Origin: a virus | Lineage: Duplodnaviria > Caudoviricetes | Reading direction: 5' to 3' (one strand) | DNA: 58,749 bases | Virus record (IMG/VR): IMGVR_UViG_3300037487_001109 | Coordinates: 1 to 58,749 of that record | Shown here: piece after piece, positions 1 to 8,145 of the stretch | Layout: the number at the start of each line of letters is the position of its first letter | How positions within the stretch are numbered: position 1 is the first letter of the stretch | Position numbers and translations under genes: made by a program | Notes under the pieces: model-generated | Told to the model about the DNA's origin: nothing | Database searches by the model: none | The model's input: only the letters and a program-made list of their open reading frames with translations

Positions 1-148
1 CATGCGCATACCACAGACCCCACTCCAGCATTACAATCTATTCCTGTAGTGCAGTTAGTAATGGTACAGTTAGTTACGCTGCTATACGTGGATAGGCGCA
101 TCCCGACCGTACATGCTCTAGCTATACAGTTGCTTATAGTAGTACACA
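1..148. repeat. Terminal direct repeat (left copy), circular assembly overlap
   Basis: 1-148 matches 58602-58749 except one substitution (A22 vs C58623). Confidence 0.95.
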
Positions 149-977
149 AACTGTATCCCCTACCACATCCTCTTACTGAACACGCGATAGCTGTGCCGTT
201 TACAATACCATAATTACCTGTACCACCTATAACTTCACACGCTACGGCATAGGACCCGGTACTTAAGCGAATAGCGGCATCCGCTGCAGTGGCTCCTGTA
301 GTAGTAACTTTACAATTAAATATTGTACTGCCATCATTTATAAGTACACCGACTGTAGACGCCGTTGTTACTATAAAATTATGGATACCAGTTACCCCAC
401 CAAAAACAGTCTGATTAGTACCTGCAACAATAGTAGGTCTATCGGTACCTATAGGGTTATCCCCGCGTGTTGTTTTATAACCTTTATGCTGTATGGCACC
501 TGCGCTACTTCCTATACCGCTAGATGTATTTATACTACCTGTTAAGGTATACGTTCCAAATTTATACCAGGCGATATTTCCCGCTTTCCATGTTTCTAAG
601 AATGCATCTGTAGGCTCACTTCTAGCCCCTCCAACTCTACCCGCACCTGCACTTCCTATCCCAGCAGTACAGCACGCTCTATCAAGAGTAACTGTATTTG
701 TATCTGTATACGCAGTTATGAAAAATGGTTGAACTAAAAAGTTAGTTCCGCTTGCAAAGTAAATTGCATTTCCAATCATAGCGGCTGTGAAGCCACCAGT
801 CGCACTGGTTAGAGTTGTATTATTCTGGGCTGCGGCACAATCAGTTAAAACTAATTGTGCAGCATCTTGGAGAGTGTAGTCAGTTCCTGCGTTTACTAAG
901 GCAGCGTCAAAACCCCCACCATTTGTAGTAGTTCCTGTTGCTCTAAACTCCCAAACTGCTGTTGCTCCGATTGTCAT
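1..977 (-). CDS. 5' part of a junction-spanning right-handed beta-helix protein (tail spike/depolymerase-like), about 427 aa in total
   Basis: Translated by hand from ATG 977 (MTIGATAVWEFRATG...); open through position 1 and continues in frame into 58601-58295; Cys/Asn-ladder repeats (TISNCIARAC, SVTNCTITNC); missed by the ORF track. Confidence 0.8.
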   Translation of the reverse strand, partial: MTIGATAVWEFRATGTTTNGGGFDAALVNAGTDYTLQDAAQLVLTDCAAAQNNTTLTSATGGFTAAMIGNAIYFASGTNFLVQPFFITAYTDTNTVTLDRACCTAGIGSAGAGRVGGARSEPTDAFLETWKAGNIAWYKFGTYTLTGSINTSSGIGSSAGAIQHKGYKTTRGDNPIGTDRPTIVAGTNQTVFGGVTGIHNFIVTTASTVGVLINDGSTIFNCKVTTTGATAADAAIRLSTGSYAVACEVIGGTGNYGIVNGTAIACSVRGCGRGYSLCTTISNCIARACTVGMRLSTYSSVTNCTITNCTTGIDCNAGVGSVVCA

Positions 978-999
978 AGCTTACCCTTCTATACGTCTA

Positions 1000-1671
1000 T
1001 TACTTGTATATGATATTGGCGATAACATCCCCTACAGCCAGTGCTGTAGTATCATTATCTGCAAATCCTCCGGTAAGCGTAATACCTATACCAGCTGAAA
1101 ACGCTACTCCAGCACCAAAGCTTACGTTAGCAGAAGCACTGGCAGGAATCATAAAACTAAAAAATACATCGGCACCGGCAGTAGGAGAGATGGCAGAGTT
1201 ATGAAACTTTATATACTTTGCTGACGTAGTTGTATTGCTCAAAAGCCATCCCATCAATGTGCCCGGAGAAGCTTTTATTACTGTAGCGTTAGTAGTAGCT
1301 GCAGATACTAAATGACTTATACTATTGGCAGCTCCGATAGCATCTATAGCAGTATCTATAGTTCCAAGTATTACGTTACCGGCATCTATAGCGGTATCTA
1401 TAGTTCCAAGTATTACGTTACCTGCGTCTACAGCAGTATCAATAGTTCCTAATACTACATTGCCGGCGTCTATAGCCGTATCAATACTTTCCAACAGTAT
1501 ATTCCCGGCCTCTATAGCTAAAAGAATATCCGCGTCTATACCGCTCTCACCGTTTAGAGCACTAAGCATCTGACACAAAGTAGTACGTATGTTTTGCTGA
1601 TACGTCTGCTTAATCTCGTTGCCTGGGATGCAGTTACAAGGCTGGCAAGGTTGAATAATTGGAGGAGCCAT
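1000..1671 (-). CDS. Virion structural protein with a 14-aa tandem-repeat coiled stalk and a C-terminal beta domain
   Basis: IDAGNVILGTIDTA repeats; located in the virion operon. Confidence 0.65.
   Translation of the reverse strand: MAPPIIQPCQPCNCIPGNEIKQTYQQNIRTTLCQMLSALNGESGIDADILLAIEAGNILLESIDTAIDAGNVVLGTIDTAVDAGNVILGTIDTAIDAGNVILGTIDTAIDAIGAANSISHLVSAATTNATVIKASPGTLMGWLLSNTTTSAKYIKFHNSAISPTAGADVFFSFMIPASASANVSFGAGVAFSAGIGITLTGGFADNDTTALAVGDVIANIIYK
1340..1518. repeat. 42-bp tandem repeat, about 4.3 copies
   Basis: Unit gcatctatagcagtatctatagttccaagtattacgttaccg and degenerate copies. Confidence 0.9.
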
Positions 1672-1681
1672 GATTTATTCC

Positions 1682-2863
1682 TTAATACTTAATAATAAAA
1701 TTGGTTGCTAAAAATGGCGGATTAAGAGCAGCATTTGTACCTGTAGCCCCTGTGCCGGCAGCTCCGGTATCCCCGCTCCCACCGTAATTTGTAGTAAGGG
1801 CTGCGACAGACGTTTGCCCGTTTCCAGCTAAATTGGTATCCCCTAATACAAAGGTAGTAAGCGGAATCAACTCTGGTATTCCCGCTATAGTTACTCCAGA
1901 AGCTGTCCACCTGTGACTCGATGTAAACCCACTCTTGCCATCAAATAAAAATCTTATACCAGTGGCTGCGTCATCAAGAGGCCAGCCTACAGCAGCACGC
2001 AATCCGCCTGCATCATGTACGTGTAATGGGCCTGCGTGACTATGAGCATCAATAGTATGATTGTGAAGTGGTCCAGTATGCAGGTGACTTGGACCAGTGT
2101 GTGTATGAGGTAAATCTATTGTACCGCCAGTTCCTCCTGCTACGGAGCCAGTACCGGCAGCAGCTTTTCCTATAGGGAATTTCTGCCGCATGTCTGGCAA
2201 CGTAAGAGTTTTTCCAGCATTAAAATCTACAACACCAGATGCCCCTCTTCCTCCAGAAACAGGAGCTTCTGCATCCGCTAAACTATCCCAAAGGTGTACA
2301 AACAAAGTAGCCTGGTCTGCATTAGCCCTAGCCGTAGCACCAGAAACCGCGTTACCTATAGTCTCCCCTTTTAAAAACAGATATCCAGGAGGCAATATCT
2401 CTCCAAACCTTGCTACTATGGTACCAACCGGCACACCTATTACACCATTAGTAGCCAGAGGGTATGTACAGCCATGCTGAGATACAAAAGTCTGAGAGCC
2501 GTCTTCCTCTACTTTAACGTAGGCCTCTTCACCCATCTCATTAAGGAGATAATCAACCAGACAGTCTTTACAGAATGCTCCTGTAATATCCGCAGGCGCT
2601 AGAGGTGTCATACTATCTGCTAGTATGGCTTCGTCATAGGAGAACGTGTAGTGCCAAGTGATATCACCACAATCTCCACTATTATAGAATTGGCAGATTG
2701 TAGCTTCAGCAAACGCACTTGAATATTCCAGTGCACTTGGAGCAGGGCACCCAGTAGGTAGTAGCAGTGCGGAGGTTTCCAGACACAATATTACAGTCTG
2801 GTCCAAAGCCCCAGAACACGGGAGCTTAACTCTAGAACAATATTCAACGTAAAGATTTGTCAT
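1682..2863 (-). CDS. Tail fibre protein with phage tail-collar domain
   Basis: PVGTIVARFGEILPPGYLFLKGETI...LPDMRQKFPIG collar motif, HxH fibre repeats, C-terminal PPFLATNFIIKY. Confidence 0.85.
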   Translation of the reverse strand: MTNLYVEYCSRVKLPCSGALDQTVILCLETSALLLPTGCPAPSALEYSSAFAEATICQFYNSGDCGDITWHYTFSYDEAILADSMTPLAPADITGAFCKDCLVDYLLNEMGEEAYVKVEEDGSQTFVSQHGCTYPLATNGVIGVPVGTIVARFGEILPPGYLFLKGETIGNAVSGATARANADQATLFVHLWDSLADAEAPVSGGRGASGVVDFNAGKTLTLPDMRQKFPIGKAAAGTGSVAGGTGGTIDLPHTHTGPSHLHTGPLHNHTIDAHSHAGPLHVHDAGGLRAAVGWPLDDAATGIRFLFDGKSGFTSSHRWTASGVTIAGIPELIPLTTFVLGDTNLAGNGQTSVAALTTNYGGSGDTGAAGTGATGTNAALNPPFLATNFIIKY

Positions 2864-3903
2864 GTGATATTATCGTTAAAGTAGTCTTTGCCTTTATTTG
2901 TATTGTTGGCTGTAGCTGTTTTTGTAGCAGAGCCTAGTAGGTATACTCCGGTTAAGTCATACCCCCCACTATTGAGTGTGCCTTGAGACACCTTTACAAC
3001 ATCTATTGTACCAGAAGTAGGTACCCGTAATAACCCAAAAGTATCCACAGATGTATCGTATATAGAAATCGTAGAAGCAGCATCATTAACGTGTATCGTG
3101 GCACCAGAAGACACATGTACATCTGTAAAATACACATCACCAGTATTAGTTCCTGTTATGTATATACCAGACTCACGCCCAGTATACCCAGAAGTACCAG
3201 TGATTGTTGAATTATCAATAGCAACGTCAGCTATACTGCCTCCTGTGTCCATACACACTTCCCCAAATGCTGTAACAGCAGTAGCAAATAGGCTTAAAGA
3301 CCCAGGCACATTATGATACACCCCAGAATACCCCTGTATAAAACAGCCCTCCATGTATAGGTCTGAATCAATATCACTACTTGCATCAACAAACGCGCTG
3401 TCTGATATTGTGCATAGAAATATAAAGTTATATCTGGCATCACTATTTACGTGTATGAAGCCTCCATTAACAGTAACCTCCTCTACATCCATATTCCCAT
3501 TAGAGAAGTCAACCGTTGAGAAGTTACTGATTATAAAATGTGCCAGCCAGCCACCAGTCCAGCCTCTTAGGTCTAGAACGCTACCACCAGTCAACTCCAC
3601 TCTGTCTATACCGCTATATGGTGTAACACCATAATCAATATACCACTTAGCATCGTCTACCAGACAGTTTGTTATATACGGATTGCCCCAGTCAAACTCA
3701 TCTATGGGCAGTCTATGCACACCGTAGTCGTCAGCCGGTGCATGGTACTTACATACGTTTCCCTGGTTATCTGCTAATTCAGTTAGCTTATTAGTAGCTA
3801 CACTATATACACCTCTCCAAGGTTGAGGGTCATAACTAGTGAGCACCGTACATGCAGTAGTTAATTGATTGGTACTGATGGCTGTTAGATAAATTCGGCT
3901 CAT
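2860..3903 (-). CDS. Tail fibre/spike-like beta-helical protein (possibly the C-terminal half of a split gene)
   Basis: Repetitive beta-strand composition; ATGA overlap with 3900..4352. Confidence 0.6.
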   Translation of the reverse strand: MSRIYLTAISTNQLTTACTVLTSYDPQPWRGVYSVATNKLTELADNQGNVCKYHAPADDYGVHRLPIDEFDWGNPYITNCLVDDAKWYIDYGVTPYSGIDRVELTGGSVLDLRGWTGGWLAHFIISNFSTVDFSNGNMDVEEVTVNGGFIHVNSDARYNFIFLCTISDSAFVDASSDIDSDLYMEGCFIQGYSGVYHNVPGSLSLFATAVTAFGEVCMDTGGSIADVAIDNSTITGTSGYTGRESGIYITGTNTGDVYFTDVHVSSGATIHVNDAASTISIYDTSVDTFGLLRVPTSGTIDVVKVSQGTLNSGGYDLTGVYLLGSATKTATANNTNKGKDYFNDNIT

Positions 3904-4352
3904 ATTACGCGGCCCTGTATATGGTCAGTAATTATGTAGGTGCAGCCTACAGTCAGTCCATTTGCTAATACTAAGGCATTCAGTTCGGCAGTAGTGACTT
4001 CTACAACACAGTCTCCACCTCCGCCGCCACCACAATCACAATTACATGCAATCTCATCTTCTACCCAAGTAGTAAGGCAACCCTTACAGAAGATTCCTGT
4101 GACCTCTGCCGCAGTAAGTGCAACCGTAGGGTCTATTAGTAAATTTTCATCGTATGAAACAACGTAGCGCCATGTAGGGCACTCGCAGTCATTACCCGTC
4201 TTGTAAACGCTTGTAAGCACACCATCAATAGTAGTGCGCCCGCAATCAGTATTGATTGCAGCACTATCATCAAGGCAGAGAATTACAGCAGGATTTGATT
4301 GACCAGCGCATGAAATACGGCTGGTAGTAGTGAAGACAACTAGCTTAGACAC
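3900..4352 (-). CDS. Cys-rich virion protein; N-terminal module paralogous to the tail fibre 1682..2863
   Basis: GGAG RBS before GTG; SYDENLLIDPTVALTAAEVTGIFCKGCL resembles SYDEAILADSMTPLAPADITGAFCKDCL. Confidence 0.7.
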   Translation of the reverse strand: MSKLVVFTTTSRISCAGQSNPAVILCLDDSAAINTDCGRTTIDGVLTSVYKTGNDCECPTWRYVVSYDENLLIDPTVALTAAEVTGIFCKGCLTTWVEDEIACNCDCGGGGGGDCVVEVTTAELNALVLANGLTVGCTYIITDHIQGRVI

Positions 4353-4375
4353 TTCTTAACTCCACAAAAGAGTTT

Positions 4376-4401
4376 TGTGAGGGGGTGTTACCCCCCTCAC
4401 A
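4376..4401 (-). terminator. GC-rich hairpin downstream of the major capsid gene (attenuator or stability element)
   Basis: tgtgaggggg...ccccctcaca stem; only a weak U-tract on the minus strand. Confidence 0.55.
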
Positions 4402-4418
4402 TTTATTATACTACTCTA

Positions 4419-6281
4419 CTATGACGAGCACTGAGTGTAGCTTGTTCCAGAACATCCTGGGCAAGTACTATCAGTTGCAGTCGGTACACAGATGCTGATA
4501 ATCGTAGGTACTGAGCAAGAGCCCGGTACGAACGAAGTATTAAATCCATCCAACGTCCACTCAAGTGTTGAGAGGTTTGGAGTACCAAACACTTCAACAT
4601 TTTCAGTTGTGCCATCCGCATAGGTGACAGTAACAACATCGTTGTCAGTGTCTGCCTTAATAGGATTGCTCAATACAACCTTCAATGCCGTAGTTCCGCA
4701 TGCACACTGTGACTGTACTCTTGCAGTACATCCCATATTGTTATCACAGAATAGTGTTGTGAAGTGGTCACACAGTCCAGTATCTGTTCCTGCAGGGAAC
4801 GTAACTTCGACCGAGCTTCCATCTTCTGCAGCATCAACTACTGTTCCCACAATATATCCTCCTGTATCAATACCAAACGAAATAGTGGCCGAAGGTGAAG
4901 GCACAGGGCGCAAAGGTACAGCTAATGTAAGTATAGTGGCTCCGCTAACTGGGTTAAGGAACGCACTAGTAATCAATGAACATGGGCATGCGCTAACAGC
5001 AGGTACCGTATTAGAACACTCTTCAGGTGCTTCAGGGCAAGCAGGCTGCGGAGTTTGTGCAAACATTAATCCTACTTTAGGTCTTTCCACTAGTATACCA
5101 AATATAGCTTCCGAATACTGAGGAGCTAAACCGATGGTGGCACTAGTAAAGAAGTAACCAACACGTCTAGCAGGATCAGAATTTGTAAGCGGGTTAATCC
5201 AGCTCCAGGCATTCATAAACGAGAACTCAGGACCGAACGAGGTGTTCTGACCTAGTGTAGTTTCCGTTGGCTGATAGAATACTTTGAATGGGTATTTACC
5301 ATGAAGAATAACTTCCTCATGCGTAGCATAAGAAGGATCTTCATAGTTAGGATTAAAGCCAGTGAACAGGCCAACTTCCATTGGGATGTCGTTTTCAAAT
5401 GGCAATACCTCTACCCACTCTCCTGTTCTAGAATCTACTTTAAATCTACGTGGGTAGAGTATAGCAGCTGGGATAAACATGCCACGAATTGTTCCCATGA
5501 AGTTGTACTTCAAGAGCAATTCATTGGATAGTCCAGAGAATCTAACATCCTGTCTGAGCTGGGGGTCATCACGATATAGTCTTGCTAACAGTTGTGCAGA
5601 GCACTCTAGAGCAAATACAGATGAACCATTCACAACATCATAAGGAACTGCATCGGGTATTCTGCGCATGAACTCATAGAAATACTCAAGTATTTCGATG
5701 TTAAGAGCAGAAATAGTAGCCGAGCCTTTAGGCCTGTACTGGTAAGGATTCTCAGGATTAGGTTTAGCACCACCAGAGTCTACTACAAACTTCTTAGCAA
5801 GGGATGTCAGGTAGTTGAAACCAATATTCTGCTCTTTGAAGAAATCAATTTGAGCATAAAGGTTCTGAACAATCTGAGCAAACACCTGCTGAAAGTGTGC
5901 AGTACTCTGAATTTCTTTGATGCAATAAGATGGAGATTTGAAATCACGAGACATAAGCTCCATGATTTTTCTTTCCAATCCCATTCCACCAAACTGCGTG
6001 AAATTGTAAGAACAGTCAGGGCCTTCGCAAGGGGCGCAACCGGCATTGTTATTAAGCTTTTTCCACTGGTCAAAGCCTCTTTCAATCTTAGGCATTTGGC
6101 CGCGTGCTATCAGCTGCTGCATCTGGGTGCCGTTTCCTCTTGGGAACTCTTCGAGTTCATAGAGATCACGAATCCAGCGAGGTTGCTTGATAGTGAGGTT
6201 ATAAATAGTTTTAGCAATTAACGGAGGAGCAGCTAAAAATGCTTCCTGCACGGATGCTTCCGTGACTAAACAGTCGCCCAT
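4419..6281 (-). CDS. Major capsid protein with about 200-aa Cys-rich C-terminal extension
   Basis: Position portal-scaffold-MCP, long leader, downstream hairpin; N-terminal ~400 aa resembles MCPs of uncultured podo-like phages (recognition by eye). Confidence 0.75.
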   Translation of the reverse strand: MGDCLVTEASVQEAFLAAPPLIAKTIYNLTIKQPRWIRDLYELEEFPRGNGTQMQQLIARGQMPKIERGFDQWKKLNNNAGCAPCEGPDCSYNFTQFGGMGLERKIMELMSRDFKSPSYCIKEIQSTAHFQQVFAQIVQNLYAQIDFFKEQNIGFNYLTSLAKKFVVDSGGAKPNPENPYQYRPKGSATISALNIEILEYFYEFMRRIPDAVPYDVVNGSSVFALECSAQLLARLYRDDPQLRQDVRFSGLSNELLLKYNFMGTIRGMFIPAAILYPRRFKVDSRTGEWVEVLPFENDIPMEVGLFTGFNPNYEDPSYATHEEVILHGKYPFKVFYQPTETTLGQNTSFGPEFSFMNAWSWINPLTNSDPARRVGYFFTSATIGLAPQYSEAIFGILVERPKVGLMFAQTPQPACPEAPEECSNTVPAVSACPCSLITSAFLNPVSGATILTLAVPLRPVPSPSATISFGIDTGGYIVGTVVDAAEDGSSVEVTFPAGTDTGLCDHFTTLFCDNNMGCTARVQSQCACGTTALKVVLSNPIKADTDNDVVTVTYADGTTENVEVFGTPNLSTLEWTLDGFNTSFVPGSCSVPTIISICVPTATDSTCPGCSGTSYTQCSS

Positions 6282-6458
6282 ATACCACCTTTGGTAGAAA
6301 AAAAGTTAATGCGCAGCAAAATGCTACGTGAATATCTCTATATTTCTACAAGCTGGCTATTAACGGGGCCTACCCCTTATGCCTGTACGCTTCAACTTCG
6401 TGAAACTGCGATTTACTCAAGTGCCGGAGAGTATTGCCGTAATTTAATGATAAACGAT

Positions 6459-7802
6459 TTATCGTTTTTTTAGCAATATGCTATTCACTAGTTCGTCTGC
6501 TGCCATCTGCGGAGTCATTGCCGGCTGTGCAGCTGGAGCAGGTCTCGAACTCGCCACCCCACCACCAACTTGCGGGCGAAACAATTGATTCACTCTGCTT
6601 GCAGAGCTCTCAACCTCTTCAAGCTGCTGCAGTGCAGCATCTCTTGCTTCAAATGCAACACCTTGAGCAGTCGCACGCAGCACCATGTTAGCTAAACCTT
6701 TTGCCAAGTCCTTTGACATGTCTGTCAAGCCCTGTTTAGCCAACTCAGTAACAAGTCTCCCATACTCATTGGCACTATGCTGAAGAATCGGGTCTACAAA
6801 CTTCTGATTAAATGCCGGGTCACTCTCTTTTCTGATTAATTCGGTGATTTTCCCCTCCTGGCGGATGTCTAAGAGGCTCTCTACCCATGAATCCTTAGCT
6901 ACTTCAGTGATTTTGGCCACTCTTTGCACATCTTTGGCCTCTCTTATAGTTCTAGACTCCTCTTGGAGCCTCTCTAATACAGCGTTTGGCTCCTGTTCTG
7001 CGGCTCTTGCCTCATTTTGGGTTGTTTTAATGTTTAAAACAACGTCTTTAGCCTCACTGGCACCGATACTATCGAAGTTTTCAGAGAGAAAGGCGTTTAA
7101 GTCTGCCTTATTTTCAATGCTAAGCGTGTGATTTATAGCAGAATCAAGCTCTTCAGGCGGTACGCCATAATCCTTAAATATCTGTTTAAGTTTCTCGACA
7201 TTGCGAGAAACTGGTTCCACGAACTTTTCTCTGTATTCATCAGAAGCCTTAAGGTTATGCAGTTTTTCATACTTAGTGAGCTCTGCTATGCGGTTCTCTT
7301 TCTCTAATAATAGCTCAGGAACAACTTCTCCGGTACGGTACTTCTCTAGTTCTTCGTCTGCTTTAGCTTTTTGGGCTGTAATTTCTCTGAGCGCTTTAGT
7401 GGTTTCTTTGGCTTTGGTGCGGAGCTTGAGATAGTTTTCTTTAACGGGGTCTTCTGATATTTCGTCAATTTCGTCTTTCTCTTCCTCTAGGAGAATTTCT
7501 TGCGCTTTGGCTTCCTGCTTCTCTCCAAAGGTGGGCATGGGGTCAGCACCAGGGCTGGGAGCAGCGGGCACAGGAGCTGTTGCATTCGTCGGTGCAGGTA
7601 CTGCGGCAGGGGCTGCTCGAGGAACATTCTGAACTGGAGGTGGTACGGTGATTGAGGCATCTGATACATTCTTTAAAATAAAATCTAAAGGAGATTCAGC
7701 GCTGGTATTAAGACTTTTTATTATATCAGCTGCCCGTGGTGCTGAGCTTGTCTGTACTGGTATAGATTGAGTAGTCGGGTTTGGTGTCGCTTCTGATTGC
7801 AT
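6459..7802 (-). CDS. Capsid scaffolding protein
   Basis: Pro/Ala-rich N-terminus and acidic coiled-coil body, immediately upstream of the MCP. Confidence 0.65.
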   Translation of the reverse strand: MQSEATPNPTTQSIPVQTSSAPRAADIIKSLNTSAESPLDFILKNVSDASITVPPPVQNVPRAAPAAVPAPTNATAPVPAAPSPGADPMPTFGEKQEAKAQEILLEEEKDEIDEISEDPVKENYLKLRTKAKETTKALREITAQKAKADEELEKYRTGEVVPELLLEKENRIAELTKYEKLHNLKASDEYREKFVEPVSRNVEKLKQIFKDYGVPPEELDSAINHTLSIENKADLNAFLSENFDSIGASEAKDVVLNIKTTQNEARAAEQEPNAVLERLQEESRTIREAKDVQRVAKITEVAKDSWVESLLDIRQEGKITELIRKESDPAFNQKFVDPILQHSANEYGRLVTELAKQGLTDMSKDLAKGLANMVLRATAQGVAFEARDAALQQLEEVESSASRVNQLFRPQVGGGVASSRPAPAAQPAMTPQMAADELVNSILLKKR

Positions 7803-8145
7803 CTGCTTCCTCTCTGGTTAAATCTCCGCGCTCTACGGCCTTGTCTAGTGAGCCAAAGTCAGAACGCGGCGTGTTTTGGGGCCTATCTTCTATTTCCGGC
7901 CCGTAAATCTGGTCTTTAAACGTAATGATAGTATCAAGGCAATCCTGCCAGCCTTGCACACGCGCGGCATTTAACGACAGTTCTACGGCATCTTTGTACG
8001 GTAATTTAAGTCTGGCCATGCCGGCTGTGCGCATGTAGTCAAGGAGACCTGAAAACGCAAGATTCTCCACTATGGCCAAGTGTTGACTGAGAAATTGAGG
8101 GTTTTTTATTATTACTTCAAGAGCCTTGTCCAACATCATGTTCAT
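7726..8145 (-). CDS. Hypothetical head-module protein
   Basis: 139-aa ORF coupled to the portal (ATGA overlap). Confidence 0.6.
   Translation of the reverse strand: MNMMLDKALEVIIKNPQFLSQHLAIVENLAFSGLLDYMRTAGMARLKLPYKDAVELSLNAARVQGWQDCLDTIITFKDQIYGPEIEDRPQNTPRSDFGSLDKAVERGDLTREEADAIRSDTKPDYSIYTSTDKLSTTGS

Noticed and set aside
1-148. Diversity-generating retroelement TR/VR pair
   Set aside because: Only one mismatch, the repeat is at the contig ends, and no reverse transcriptase gene is present
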